A DNA stretch of 64,000 bases from Syntrophorhabdaceae bacterium (lineage in GTDB: Bacteria; Desulfobacterota; Syntrophorhabdia; Syntrophorhabdales; Syntrophorhabdaceae). Position numbers and translations under genes: made by a program. Location of the stretch: assembly GCA_963666485.2 (NCBI GenBank), contig CAXXUO010000002.1:448001-512000 (forward strand), given 5' to 3'. The notes beneath the pieces are model-generated. The model was not told the origin of the DNA. It was given only the letters and a program-made list of their open reading frames with translations, and searched no databases. This document shows positions 50,766 through 61,917 of this stretch, in pieces; the stretch's first letter is position 1; every line of letters begins with the position of its first letter.

Positions 50766-52146
50766 TTGGGCATCTCTCACCGGTCGCTTGCCGCCGCAAT
50801 AGACAACTCTGCCATTCTCCAAAGATTCTCTGATCTTCCTTTCCGGGGCGAGGTATTCCTTGTGGGAGGCGCGATCAGGGAGTTCGCCCTGGGCTTGAGC
50901 CCGAGGGACTACGACCTCGCCCTGTCCGATCCCCAGGACCTGGCCGTTATCGAGCAAACATTCCGGAGGAATGCCTTTTTGCTCGGGAAGAAACCCATCC
51001 AGACGCACAGGATAGCCGCGCCCGATATCATGCTGGACATGACCATACTGGAGAATTCCATCGACAGCGACCTCAAGCGACGGGATTTTACGATGAACGC
51101 GATCGCGTTCGACTTGAGGAAGCACACGGTGATCGACCCGCTCAAAGGACTCGACGATATTGACCGAAAGCTTATCCGCTACCCTGACCGCGCAAGCGTT
51201 GCGAGCGATCCGTTGCGCATGCTCAAGGCAATACGACATTTTGCGGCACTCGACGGATTCACTCTCCACCCCGCATTGCAGGAGGCCATAGCATCATCGA
51301 GGAGCCTCATCCGAACCACGGCCCCCGAAAGGATCAAGTATGAACTCGATCTTATCATGGAGTCGCAGGGGGTTTCGCGGGGCATGAAGATACTCGATAA
51401 AACCGGGCTTTCTTTTTGAGATCGTTCCGGAAATCGTGGCCCTTCACGCCATGGACATTGAAAAACAGTTTTCACTGGAAACATACGGCCATACAGTGGA
51501 CGGGTTTGCCTTCCTTTATTCACGTGGAACGGAGTACGTCGGGGACCCGGCATCACTCAAGGACGTCGGGTACGCCCTTCTCTTTCACGACCTGGGAAAA
51601 GCTCATACATATTCATATGACGAAAAGAAAGGGCTCGTTCATTTCTTCAATCACGAACGGGTCTCCCGCGACATAGCCTCCGCGGTCATGGACCGCCTGA
51701 GGTTCAGCACTCACGAATCCAGGCGGATATGCGCCCTCATCGAGCACCATATGCGGATCTTTTTAATAAGCTCGTCGGATGCCACGGAAAAGGCAGTCCG
51801 CCGGCTGATCTACAAGATGGGGGACCTGACACCGCTCCTCATAGTGCACACCCTCTGCGACATGTACGGAAGCTCCGGCGGCGAGGACAACCCGTCCACC
51901 CTTCAGGTTATCCAGAATTGCAATGCGATCATGTCAGCGTACCACGAATCAAAAAAGAAGCCGCTGCCGCGGCTCGTATCGGGGAACGATCTTCTGAGCA
52001 TGGGTTTCGCCGAGGGCCGCTTCCTCGGTGAATGCCTCGACATGATCCGGGACAGGCAGGTGGCCGGTGAGATCTCAACCCGGGACGAGGCGTTGCAAAT
52101 AGCGGAAAAACTTTTGAGATCCGGCCACAACAACCTGACCGAATAA
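50766..52146 (+). pseudogene. CCA-adding/poly(A) polymerase family nucleotidyltransferase with HD domain, split by a +1 frameshift at about 51408-51419
   Basis: LVGGAIR, DYD, RRDFTMNA, DPLRMLK, ERIKYEL in frame 1; (L)FEIVPEI, GHT, FHDLGK, HM in the +1 frame. Confidence 0.8.
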
Positions 52147-52224
52147 ACGTTCTACGTTCTACGTTGAAAAAAATCGCAATATGTTCTAATCTTTTCCAAG
52201 AACCGAGAACGTAGAACGTCTTTG

Positions 52225-53286
52225 ATGAAACGCTCCGTCACATCCCTTCCCCTCCACACCGGCCGCGCCCCTGCATGGCTTTTCGAAAAGATGAAACGCC
52301 TGTGCGGCGCGTTGACAGAGATCATTATCATGGAGCACGGCTCAAAGGAACTGCTTGCCCGGCTCGCCGATCCTCTATGGTTCCAGGCCCTGGGGTGTGT
52401 TGTCGGCTTCGACTGGCACTCAAGCGGACTTACGACCACCCTGTGCGGTGCGTTAAAAGAGGGCCTCGCCACCCTTGGCGACGACATCCCGCTTGCTGTA
52501 TGCGGCGGGAAGGCAAAACGGGCCATTAAGACGCCGGATGACATCCGGTCGTACGGGGAAAAGTGGGGAATGGATGCATCGGGCATGGTAGAGATGAGCA
52601 GGATCTGCGCGAAAATAGATAATACGGCGATACAGGATGGCTACAACCTGTACCATCACACGTTCGTCTTTACTCCTGACGGCTCATGGGCCATTATCCA
52701 GCAGGGTATGAATGGAGAAAAGAAGGACGCACGCCGTTACCAGTGGCTCTCCCAGGAAAACCTCGACATACTGTCCGACCCGCACACCGGCATTACCTGC
52801 GATCGCACACAGGAGGTGCTCAATTTCGTGAGCGCCGGGAGTGCCGGTTCCCGTGACGCCATCGTTGATTTCAGTACCCGGACACCGGATGCAATGGCCA
52901 AAACCTGGCGCGATATCGCGCTCAGTATGCCGAAGCGTCACTATATAGCGCCGCAGGACGTCAATACAAACCGGCTGATCAAGGCCTTCACGACCATCCA
53001 CGAGGCAAACCCGCAGTCATTTCGTGATGTCATCGACATACGCGGGGTCGGCCCCCGTACCACGGGCGCGCTCGCCCTGATATCTGAACTCGTATACAGC
53101 GCACCGCCGAGCTTCAAAGACCCCGCACGTTTCAGCTTCGCCCACGGCGGAAAGGACGGCTACCCCTTTCCCGTTGACCGCCCCACATATGAAAACTCGA
53201 TAGACTTCCTGAAAACCTGCATTGATAAGGCCAAACTCGGTGACAGGGACAAGATAGAAGCTTTCAGAAGGATGAAAAATCTATGA
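52225..53286 (+). CDS. DUF763 family protein
   Basis: LPLHTGRAPAWL, GFDWHSSG, QDGYNLYHH, FSFAHGGKDG. Confidence 0.88.
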   Translation: MKRSVTSLPLHTGRAPAWLFEKMKRLCGALTEIIIMEHGSKELLARLADPLWFQALGCVVGFDWHSSGLTTTLCGALKEGLATLGDDIPLAVCGGKAKRAIKTPDDIRSYGEKWGMDASGMVEMSRICAKIDNTAIQDGYNLYHHTFVFTPDGSWAIIQQGMNGEKKDARRYQWLSQENLDILSDPHTGITCDRTQEVLNFVSAGSAGSRDAIVDFSTRTPDAMAKTWRDIALSMPKRHYIAPQDVNTNRLIKAFTTIHEANPQSFRDVIDIRGVGPRTTGALALISELVYSAPPSFKDPARFSFAHGGKDGYPFPVDRPTYENSIDFLKTCIDKAKLGDRDKIEAFRRMKNL

Positions 53287-53362
53287 AAGATATTTCAAGG
53301 TTCAACGTGTTTCTCATTCATTTTTTACGTGGAACGTGGAACCTGGAACGTGGAACCATTTT

Positions 53363-54061
53363 TTAGTAATCCGGCTCCCCCGGCTTCGTAATGCGCCTGT
53401 AATCGTTGAGATCCAGCGCATGGTCCGTTCCGGGCTCAATCGTTGCATCTTTCGAATAGCCGTATTTTTCCCAGTAGCCTGTCCCGCCCTGTTCCCGGAG
53501 CTCTAACCTGACGATGCTCTTGACACTCTTGTACCCATACTTCGAAGGCATAAGAAGTCTCAGCGGCCCCCCGTATTCGGGTGGGAGGGGATGGCCGTTC
53601 ATATCGTACGCGAAGAGGACCCGGGGGTTCGCCAGTTCCTCGAGCGAGATATATTCATAATAGTCGTCGGCTGAATAGAAATACAGATGCCGCGCGCCCG
53701 GCCCCGGCTTCACGATGTCGAAGAGGGCCTTCGGCCTGAACCCTCCCCATTTCGCCTTGCTCGACCATGATTCGACGCACTTCATGCGTGACGCCTGGGT
53801 AACGGCCGGTATTTTTCTCAGCGAGGCAAGGCTGAAACTCTGCGGTTTTTCGCATAAACCGGTGACGGAGAGAGACCACTTTGCGGGGTCCACGGGCCGT
53901 ATGGGCTTTATGAAACGGATGTAAAAACCTTCCCTGTCCTCGTTGTCGAGCAGTTTTTGGAGCTCTTTCGGCTCTGCCGAGTGCGGGATCAGAAAAGAGA
54001 CGCTCAGGACACAGATAAATCTCATAACGTCGCGCCTGCTCATGTCTTTGAAAAAGTCCAT
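53363..54061 (-). CDS. Molybdopterin oxidoreductase, MsrP/sulfite-oxidase family, Tat-like signal
   Basis: SRRD, CVESWS, GGPLRL, KYGYKSVK, GYWEKYGY. Confidence 0.88.
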   Translation of the reverse strand: MDFFKDMSRRDVMRFICVLSVSFLIPHSAEPKELQKLLDNEDREGFYIRFIKPIRPVDPAKWSLSVTGLCEKPQSFSLASLRKIPAVTQASRMKCVESWSSKAKWGGFRPKALFDIVKPGPGARHLYFYSADDYYEYISLEELANPRVLFAYDMNGHPLPPEYGGPLRLLMPSKYGYKSVKSIVRLELREQGGTGYWEKYGYSKDATIEPGTDHALDLNDYRRITKPGEPDY

Positions 54062-54183
54062 AATATAAGTATAGTCACAAACTTCAAAAAAAGAATAAAA
54101 TTAACGCATTGCCCTGATTTAAAAAATACCTCAATATATGGTAATCTATGGCGGGTCCTGACAATTTTTTTTAAGGGGTTGGC

Positions 54184-55065
54184 ATGAAAAGAAGAAATTT
54201 CTTAAAACTTGCTCTATCCACGATCATAGCAAGTCAACTTCCGTCTACCGTATTCTCCGAGAGTCCGTCATCCACGGTCGCAGTTTCCGAAGGCACAGAC
54301 TATGCCGCCGTTACGCGCAAGGTCATCGCCGCATTGGGTGGAATGAAGGCGTTCGTCAAGCCGGGAAATACGGTTGTCGTCAAGCCGAATATGGGCTGGG
54401 ACAGAAAGCCTGAATACGCGGCGACAACCCATCCCGCCGTTATAAAAGCGATCGTCGAAGAATGCCTCGCGGCGGGGGCCAAAAAAGTGAAGGTTTTCGA
54501 CAACACCTGCAACGATGCCCGCCGCTGCTACGAGAACTGCGGGATCCCGGGGGCGTTGAAAGGCATGAAGAACGTCGACGTCAGGCTCGTCGAAAACGAC
54601 CGTTTCAAGAAGACCGCCCTGAAAGGAAAATTCCTGAAGGAGTGGGCGCTTTATGATGATTCTCTGACGGCGGACGTCATGATCAACGTACCGATCGCAA
54701 AGCACCACGGCCTGACCGGGTTGACCCTCGGGCTCAAGAACATGATGGGCATCATGGGAGACAGCCGCGGCTATATCCACCGCAGCATCGAAGACGCACT
54801 GTGTGATGTCAACAGCGTTGTCAAAAGCCATCTCGTCATCATCGATGCCACCCGTATCCTTTTGAACCATGGACCGCAAGGGGGCAATCTTAAGGACGTT
54901 AAGGTCCTCAACAAAGTGGTGGCGTCGCGGGACATCGTCGCGGCGGACGCCTATGCGACAACCTTGTTCGGCATGAAACCGGATGAGATCTCGACCACGG
55001 TTGCCGCCTACAAGCGCGGACTCGGTGAGATGAACCTCGGCAAGATAAAAATAATAAAGGCGTAA
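54184..55065 (+). CDS. DUF362 domain protein with Tat signal
   Basis: MKRRNFLK, VVVKPN, INVPIAKHH, LGLKNMMG, D.VAAD. Confidence 0.88.
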   Translation: MKRRNFLKLALSTIIASQLPSTVFSESPSSTVAVSEGTDYAAVTRKVIAALGGMKAFVKPGNTVVVKPNMGWDRKPEYAATTHPAVIKAIVEECLAAGAKKVKVFDNTCNDARRCYENCGIPGALKGMKNVDVRLVENDRFKKTALKGKFLKEWALYDDSLTADVMINVPIAKHHGLTGLTLGLKNMMGIMGDSRGYIHRSIEDALCDVNSVVKSHLVIIDATRILLNHGPQGGNLKDVKVLNKVVASRDIVAADAYATTLFGMKPDEISTTVAAYKRGLGEMNLGKIKIIKA

Positions 55066-55139
55066 GGGGTTCAATGTTCCGGGTTCCGGGTTCAAAGAAT
55101 AAGAACACAAATGCCGGCGTGGAACGTGGAACGTGGAAC

Positions 55140-56663
55140 GTGGAACGGTTCTTTACCCCGTCCCGCATCTCCCAATTATTCTTCCTCGCTCTGTTCCTGG
55201 TCCTCTTCGTCATGACGGACTATCGCGGCCATGATGAAATAAATGTCGGGGTCAACAGCTTCTTCAGAGCGAACCCGCTGGTCATGGTGAGTTATGCGCT
55301 GGCCGTAAAGTCTCTTTCATGGCTTCTTTTCCCTGCCTTGCTCATGGCCGTAGTGACCGTATTCCTGGGACGTTTTTTCTGCGGCTGGATCTGTCCGCTG
55401 GGAACGCTTCTCGACCTCGTTACCGTAAAGATCGCAAAATCGGGACCGGTACAGTTCCTACGGGGAAAACTGAAGCATTACCTCCTCCTGACGCTTCTCG
55501 TCATGGCACTCTTTTCGGTCAATGTGTCAGGCATCTTCGACCCGATCGCCCTTTTGGTCAGGGCTCTGACCTTTTTCTTCTATCCGATTATCGGCCTCGC
55601 AGCACGCTCAGGCTGGTCGGGGCTCTACACGCTTGTTGGCGACAACCGGGACAGCGTATTGTTTCTCCACGATTTCCTGCGTGCCTACATCCTGCCGTTC
55701 CGCGAAACGCTCTATCCTCTTGCCTTCCTGTCCGTCGCCATCATTCTCGTTATCTTCTTTCTCGAGCGGTTCGAGAAAAGGAACTGGTGCAAGAATATCT
55801 GCCCGCTGGGAACGTTGCTCGGATTACTTGGCCATTTTTCGATATTCAGGCGAATGCCGGGCAAACTCTGCAGCGATTGCGGGGATTGCCGGAAACATTG
55901 CCCCACCGCCTTTGACGAGGACGTGCTTCAATCGGGAAACTGCATACGCTGCATGAATTGCCGGACCGCCTGCACTTTCGGGCGGGTCAGTTTCCGCCTG
56001 AGATCGCCCCTGGCTTTACCGGCCGGAGCGCGCAGGAAAGAACCCGTTCTATCCCGGCGCATATTCCTGGGAAGCATAGCATCGGGCATCATACTGGCAA
56101 AGGGATTTTCATTCCGCAGTCCCGAATCCCAGAACCGCCTTTTGCGCCCGCCGGGGGTCACCGACGAAAACGCCTTTCTCGCGAAATGCGTCCGGTGCGG
56201 GGAATGCATGAAGGTGTGCCTGCGTTCGGCCCTCTACCCGGACCTTTCGCTCGGCGGCATCACGGGCATTTTCATGCCGGTCGTCATTCCGCGTCTCGGA
56301 TACTGCGAGTATAATTGCACCCTCTGCGGCCAGGTCTGTCCCACCGGCGCGATCCCCCGTCTCCCGCCGGAGGAAAAGAAAAAGGCGGTAATAGGCAGCG
56401 CCGTTATCGACAAGAACATCTGCCTCCCCTATGCAAAAAAGCTCAGCTGCCTGGTCTGCGAGGAGCACTGCCCGGTGCCGGACAAAGCGATCCGCTTCGA
56501 AAAGATAACGGACATAAATTATGAAGGCAAAAAGGTTGCCCTGAAAAGGCCGTATATTATTGAAGACCTGTGTACCGGCTGCGGAATCTGCGAAAACAAA
56601 TGCCCCCTCGAAGGGCGCTCGGCTATCGAGGTCTTTTCCCGGAAAAACAAGCGGTCGACCTAG
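55140..56663 (+). CDS. Membrane polyferredoxin (NapH/MauN-like fused to NapG/MauM-like)
   Basis: GRFFCGWICPLG, WCKNICPLG, LRPPG, multiple CxxCxxCxxxCP; start uncertain (GTG 55140 or ATG 55074). Confidence 0.88.
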   Translation: MERFFTPSRISQLFFLALFLVLFVMTDYRGHDEINVGVNSFFRANPLVMVSYALAVKSLSWLLFPALLMAVVTVFLGRFFCGWICPLGTLLDLVTVKIAKSGPVQFLRGKLKHYLLLTLLVMALFSVNVSGIFDPIALLVRALTFFFYPIIGLAARSGWSGLYTLVGDNRDSVLFLHDFLRAYILPFRETLYPLAFLSVAIILVIFFLERFEKRNWCKNICPLGTLLGLLGHFSIFRRMPGKLCSDCGDCRKHCPTAFDEDVLQSGNCIRCMNCRTACTFGRVSFRLRSPLALPAGARRKEPVLSRRIFLGSIASGIILAKGFSFRSPESQNRLLRPPGVTDENAFLAKCVRCGECMKVCLRSALYPDLSLGGITGIFMPVVIPRLGYCEYNCTLCGQVCPTGAIPRLPPEEKKKAVIGSAVIDKNICLPYAKKLSCLVCEEHCPVPDKAIRFEKITDINYEGKKVALKRPYIIEDLCTGCGICENKCPLEGRSAIEVFSRKNKRST

Positions 56664-58972
56664 TCGCAGTCCGGCGAAATACGCTGCGGGACCCCGTATA
56701 AAACTCGTTCTATCGCATCGCTCAATTCAGTCATGCCGTACGGTTTTGCGATCACCCCGGCAAAGCCGTACTCACCGAACATTGCCATGACGGGATCATT
56801 GGAATACCCGCTTGATACTATCGCTTTCACGGCAGGTTCGATCTCAAGCAGCCGCAGTATGGTCTCCTTGCCTCCCATACCCCCGGGTATCGTAATGTCA
56901 AGGATGACGATATCGAACGGCCTGCCGGAATTGCGCGCATCGGCATATTTTTCTACTGCCTCGTTGCCGTCCGACGCTGTCTCCACCTCACATCCGAGGC
57001 TTTCGAGCATATCCCGGGTTATCTGAAGAATCATGTCCTCATCATCCATATGAAGGACCTTCGTCCTTACCGCCGGCACATCGTGTTCCCTGGCGGGCCG
57101 GTCCGGTCCCGGCTGTTCCCGCGATGCCTTCAGAAATATAGAGAAGGTTGTCCCGGAACCCGGTTTCGATTCGACGGTAATGTGGCCGTCATGGTTCTTG
57201 ATTATCGAATAGGATGTCGCGAGCCCGAGACCGCTGCCCTTTTGCTTTGTCGTAAAGTAGGGATCAAATATTTTCCCGGTATGTTCCGGGGCTATGCCGG
57301 TCCCGTTGTCCCGCACAGATATCCTGACATAATTGCCGGGGGCAAGGAATATCCCGTGCTCCATTGTCCCGTTCGCGATACTCACATTGCCGGCTTTTAT
57401 CGTGACCACGCCGCCGCCCGGCATCGCCTGCTGGGAGTTCATGACGAGATTGTTGATCACCTGGCCGATCTGCCCTTCATCGATATCGACCATGAAAAGA
57501 TTCGGGGCAAAGGAAAACTGGCATTTCACGCCCGACCCGGTGAGCGCGAACCTTGCCGATTCCCGCAACACCTTTTGAATGCCCATCGTCTTTTTGACCG
57601 GCGCGCCGCCGCGGGAAAACGTCAGGAGCTGGTACGTAAGGTCCTTGGCCCTCATGATCGCCTGCTCGGCGTCCACAAGACGTTTCAACAACTTTTCATC
57701 GCCCGGGTTAACCGTCAGCCGGGCAAGGGAGATATTGCCGAGGATCGCCGCCAGGATATTATTGAAATCGTGGGCAATCCCTCCTGCGAGGATGCCAACC
57801 GATTCAAGCTTGTTCATCTTTTGCAATTCTTCGTCTAATTTCTTTTTTTGCGTGACATCGCGGAAAACAAGGACAACCCCTGTTATCCTCCCCTTCCTGT
57901 CCCGTATGGGCGCCCCGCTGTCTGCAATTATCAGTTCCCGGCCTGTCCTCGATACCAGGACCGTGTGGTCGCTGAATTCGGTCACCTCGCCCAGGCGCAG
58001 GACTTTTTCCACCGGATTCTCACAGGGGATACGGGTCTGTTCATCGACAATACAAAATATCTCTCCCAGGTCTTTACCGATAGCGTCACTCTGGGCCCAT
58101 CCCGTCAATTGCTCGGCGACGGCGTTCATGAGGATTATCTTTCCTGTCCGGTCGGCAGCTATCACGCCGTCCCCGATCGAACGCAGCGTAACGGTAAGAC
58201 GCTCAGTTTCATTGGCAAGCGCCTCCTCGGCTGCCCGGCGAAGCGTGATATCTTCACACGTGACGATGTAATCGCCGTTCTTATGCTTCACCGTAATGAA
58301 ATCTATAAATTTTACCGACCCGTCTTTGCACGTCACAGGGAAGCTCTTCGTCATTTTTTCACCGGCGGGCGTTGCCTCGTCAACTGTCTTCCAGGCCCTG
58401 ACAGCACTATCCCTCAACCGTCGATCGGGATATGCCCTGTTGAGCCAGGCCGCCCGGTCCGGTATATCGGCCAGTGTATATCCAAACATTTCCGTAAATT
58501 TCGGGTTTATATAAAGATACCTGCCCTTCTCATCGTACATCGCCATACCGAACGGGGCATTCTCGATAAGGATCTGGAACCTCTGGCGCTCTGCGCTCAG
58601 TTTTTCTTCAGCCAGTTCTTTTTCGGAGATGTCCCGTACAAGGCAAAATAGAAGGCGTTCTGTATCAAATGAAACCGGGCTGGCGGTGATCTCGACAGGG
58701 AATGTCGTACCGTCCCTCGCCATATGATGCGACCTGAACGTACGCGGTCCAGCCCTGAAAGCCTCTTGAATTACGGGCTTCAATCGGCCTGTTCTGAAAT
58801 CCGGGTCAATGTCCCCCACAGACAGCTCCACGAATTCCTCTTTAGAATATCCGAGCCTTCTGCACGCCGACTCGTTTGCAAAGACGAAATGACCGTCGGC
58901 CTTCACCCAGAACATCGAATCGGAGGCATGCTCCACTGAATAGCGAAAGATCAGCATTTCCCGGTCGGTCAT
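56660..58972 (-). CDS. PAS-domain hybrid sensor histidine kinase/receiver (CckA-like)
   Basis: 3 PAS, AGGIAHDFNN, FDPYFTTK, GLGL, receiver ILD...SSGYS...KP. Confidence 0.93.
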   Translation of the reverse strand: MTDREMLIFRYSVEHASDSMFWVKADGHFVFANESACRRLGYSKEEFVELSVGDIDPDFRTGRLKPVIQEAFRAGPRTFRSHHMARDGTTFPVEITASPVSFDTERLLFCLVRDISEKELAEEKLSAERQRFQILIENAPFGMAMYDEKGRYLYINPKFTEMFGYTLADIPDRAAWLNRAYPDRRLRDSAVRAWKTVDEATPAGEKMTKSFPVTCKDGSVKFIDFITVKHKNGDYIVTCEDITLRRAAEEALANETERLTVTLRSIGDGVIAADRTGKIILMNAVAEQLTGWAQSDAIGKDLGEIFCIVDEQTRIPCENPVEKVLRLGEVTEFSDHTVLVSRTGRELIIADSGAPIRDRKGRITGVVLVFRDVTQKKKLDEELQKMNKLESVGILAGGIAHDFNNILAAILGNISLARLTVNPGDEKLLKRLVDAEQAIMRAKDLTYQLLTFSRGGAPVKKTMGIQKVLRESARFALTGSGVKCQFSFAPNLFMVDIDEGQIGQVINNLVMNSQQAMPGGGVVTIKAGNVSIANGTMEHGIFLAPGNYVRISVRDNGTGIAPEHTGKIFDPYFTTKQKGSGLGLATSYSIIKNHDGHITVESKPGSGTTFSIFLKASREQPGPDRPAREHDVPAVRTKVLHMDDEDMILQITRDMLESLGCEVETASDGNEAVEKYADARNSGRPFDIVILDITIPGGMGGKETILRLLEIEPAVKAIVSSGYSNDPVMAMFGEYGFAGVIAKPYGMTELSDAIERVLYGVPQRISPDCD

Positions 58973-59111
58973 ACTAAATCCTACATTATTACAAGGGGGT
59001 GTTGTAAGAAAAATTTTCAAAAAAGAGTCAACATTTTTGGGCCGTTGGCTGTCTTGATTAAAACGTGCAAATGTTTATAATATACACGACAATTCGTTTG
59101 TCGGGGGTTAT

Positions 59112-59960
59112 ATGAATACATTTAAGACCTTTTTTCTCATGGTTGTCCTGACTGTTATCCTTGTCGGACTCGGCGGAGTTATAGGGGGCAGGTCGGGGGC
59201 GATGATCGCCTTCGCGGTCGCCTTTGTCATGAACTTCGTCAGTTACTGGTTCTGCGACAAGATCGTTTTGAAAATGTACGGGGCACGGGAGGTTACTGAA
59301 AGAGAAGCGCCTCAGTTGTACAACTCGGTCGCGTCCCTCGCCGGACGTGACGGGCTTCCCATGCCGCGGGTGTACATTATCGAGGACGACAGCCCGAATG
59401 CGTTCGCAACAGGAAGGAACCCGGAGCACAGCGTCGTCGCGGTGACGACGGGCATCCTGCGCATACTTACCCGGGAAGAACTCGACGGGGTGCTGGCGCA
59501 CGAACTCTCCCACGTCAAGCACCGTGACATCCTCATACAGAGCGTGGCCGCAACGTTGGCCGGGGCAATAACCATGATAGCCAACTGGGCCCGATTTGCC
59601 GCATTCTTCGGCGGCGGGCGCGATGACGATGAGGGAGGCAATATATTCACGGTAATCATCTTTTCGGTTATCGCGGCATTCGCCGCAATGCTCATCCAGC
59701 TTGCCATATCACGTTCGCGGGAATACCTTGCAGATGACGGAGGGGCACATCTCTGCGGGAATCCCCTGTACCTCGCCGGTGCCCTGCGCAAATTGACGGC
59801 CGGCGTCGCACGTCATCCCATGAACGACGCCAATCCTTCAACCGCTCCGCTTTTTATCGTGAACCCGTTCAATGCCGGCGGTGTGCTGGCGTTGTTCAGC
59901 ACACACCCGCCCATCGAGGAGAGGATCAAAAGGCTGGAGGATATGGCCTATCGACGCTGA
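59112..59960 (+). CDS. htpX: Zinc metalloprotease HtpX
   Basis: [27 protein letters not shown]. Confidence 0.95.
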   Translation: MNTFKTFFLMVVLTVILVGLGGVIGGRSGAMIAFAVAFVMNFVSYWFCDKIVLKMYGAREVTEREAPQLYNSVASLAGRDGLPMPRVYIIEDDSPNAFATGRNPEHSVVAVTTGILRILTREELDGVLAHELSHVKHRDILIQSVAATLAGAITMIANWARFAAFFGGGRDDDEGGNIFTVIIFSVIAAFAAMLIQLAISRSREYLADDGGAHLCGNPLYLAGALRKLTAGVARHPMNDANPSTAPLFIVNPFNAGGVLALFSTHPPIEERIKRLEDMAYRR

Positions 59961-61215
59961 TTTCGGCAATCTCCTGCGGGCTGTTTCTATCCGGATCATC
60001 CGTGACGTTGAATCCGGCCGATTCCTTGACGAATCCATTGACAGCATCTTTTCCCGGTCAGACTTAAGCGGCCCGCAGCGGGCCCTCATCTACGAGATAG
60101 CCTCCGGTGTTGTCCGCTGGCGGGGGTATCTCGACCTCGTTATCGCGCGCTATGCCGCAAAACCGATCCAGAAAGACGTCCGGTACCTCCTCTGGTCCGC
60201 GATCTACCAGGCGGGCTTTATGAAAAAAGCTCACTATCATGTTGTGAAGGAATCCGTCGAGTATGCAAAAAAGGAGCACGGCAAGCCGGTGGCCGGTTTT
60301 GTGAACGCGATGTTGAGAAAATTTGTCAACGACGAGGAGCTGAAGGCTATGCCCGAAGCGGACAAGGTCCGCGCAAGTTTTCCCGGCTGGCTGCGCGAAA
60401 GATGGTCAAGTCGCCTTGGTGGTCGTGAGGCCGACGAGCTTCTTTCTGAATTGATGCGTGAACCGCGGTTTGCCCTCCGGGTGGATACGTCCCGCATCTC
60501 CCGGGAAGAGGCTGCAGAACGGCTTTCCAATGAGGGGGTCGCCACGATTCCCGGGCGTTTTGCGCAATCCGCACTGATAGTCGACCGGATGCTGCCCGTA
60601 TTCGCAACATCCCTCTTCCGCGAAGGGCTCGTGAATGTTCAGGGTGAGGCGTCCCAACTGGCGGGTATCGCGGTTCGGGAGGCGGCCGGGATGCGGGTCC
60701 TCGATGCATGTTCCGGGTCCGGTACCAAGACACGCCAGGTAGCGCAGTTATGTCCCCATTCTTCAGTCTATTCAATGGACATTGATCTGAAACGCTTGAG
60801 GCTATCCGCCCTTGACGGTACCGTTCTCTGCGGGGATTCACTCAATGCCCCTTTCAGAAAAAAGAGCTTCGATACCATCCTTGTCGATGCCCCCTGCTCG
60901 TCCCTGGGCATTATCCGCAAGCACCCGGAGATAAAATGGAGGCGGACGCAGGGAGATATCCGGAAATTCGCGGAACTCCAGCTTGCAATGCTCACATCGC
61001 TCTGGGACCTTTTGCCCGAAGGTGGCAGAATTATCTACAGCGTCTGCTCCTTTGAGCCCGAGGAAACCCTCGATGTCATTCACAACCTTGCAAAAGAAAA
61101 GAAGTTTGCACTTGAAAATCCTCTCCCGTTCCTGTTTAATAAGGATTATTTCATCTCGCAGCCCCACGAGACAGGTATGGACGGTTTCTTTATAGCGCGA
61201 TTAAGAAAGCTATGA
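59872..61215 (+). CDS. rsmB: 16S rRNA m5C967 methyltransferase (NusB + RsmB domains); true start probably near 59940-59975
   Basis: [48 protein letters not shown]. Confidence 0.88.
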   Translation: MPAVCWRCSAHTRPSRRGSKGWRIWPIDADFGNLLRAVSIRIIRDVESGRFLDESIDSIFSRSDLSGPQRALIYEIASGVVRWRGYLDLVIARYAAKPIQKDVRYLLWSAIYQAGFMKKAHYHVVKESVEYAKKEHGKPVAGFVNAMLRKFVNDEELKAMPEADKVRASFPGWLRERWSSRLGGREADELLSELMREPRFALRVDTSRISREEAAERLSNEGVATIPGRFAQSALIVDRMLPVFATSLFREGLVNVQGEASQLAGIAVREAAGMRVLDACSGSGTKTRQVAQLCPHSSVYSMDIDLKRLRLSALDGTVLCGDSLNAPFRKKSFDTILVDAPCSSLGIIRKHPEIKWRRTQGDIRKFAELQLAMLTSLWDLLPEGGRIIYSVCSFEPEETLDVIHNLAKEKKFALENPLPFLFNKDYFISQPHETGMDGFFIARLRKL

Positions 61216-61901
61216 AGCTCATAAAGATAATACTCTGTATTATAGCGCCCGTTATCGTCTTCGGCCTGTCGACGTACCTGACGATCAGCCTTACCCTGAA
61301 GTTCCAGCAGACAACGATCTGCCCCGATGTACGGGGCAAGACGGTTGAGGACGCCCGGGACATGATGAGGAAAAAGGGGCTCAACCTCGTCGTTCTCAGG
61401 TATGAACGGCGCAATGACGTGCCCTACAATCACATCACCGTTCAGAAACCGGATGCGAACATATCGACCAAGAAAGGGCGCGTCGTCTATGTTATCGTGT
61501 CGGAAGGCCCGGAACTGATGAAGACCCCGGCTTTCGTCGGGCTCACCATCGAGGAGGCCCAGAGAGCTTTCAGCGAAAAACACCTTGTTCTCGACAAAAC
61601 TATTATGGTCCCGGGCTCAAAGGCCGGCAGGGTCATTGCGCAACTTCCGGCGCAGGGAAGCGACATCCTCGAATACGGCAAGGTCACGCTTTTTGTCGGC
61701 ACGGAACCGCGGTCATACTATCTCATGACGGACAAAAGGGTCAATTACAACGAGCTTGCCGACGAACTGGAATCAAAGGGTATCAAATATAAGATAAATT
61801 ACGCGAGAAGCGAAAATTCCGGGACGCGGGGCATAGAGTACTCGATACCGCCCCGGACGCTGTTCGCCTCGACCGAAGAGATCATTATCAACATCTATTG
61901 A
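61212..61901 (+). CDS. PASTA-domain protein
   Basis: N-terminal TM, PDVRGKT..DA, Q.P repeats. Confidence 0.85.
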   Translation: MKLIKIILCIIAPVIVFGLSTYLTISLTLKFQQTTICPDVRGKTVEDARDMMRKKGLNLVVLRYERRNDVPYNHITVQKPDANISTKKGRVVYVIVSEGPELMKTPAFVGLTIEEAQRAFSEKHLVLDKTIMVPGSKAGRVIAQLPAQGSDILEYGKVTLFVGTEPRSYYLMTDKRVNYNELADELESKGIKYKINYARSENSGTRGIEYSIPPRTLFASTEEIIINIY

Positions 61902-61917
61902 CCCGGAGGGAGGCTTT

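Noticed and set aside
51417..51419. UGA in the nucleotidyltransferase gene as a third Sec codon
   Set aside because: The homologous sequence continues in a different frame and the position is not a conserved Cys.
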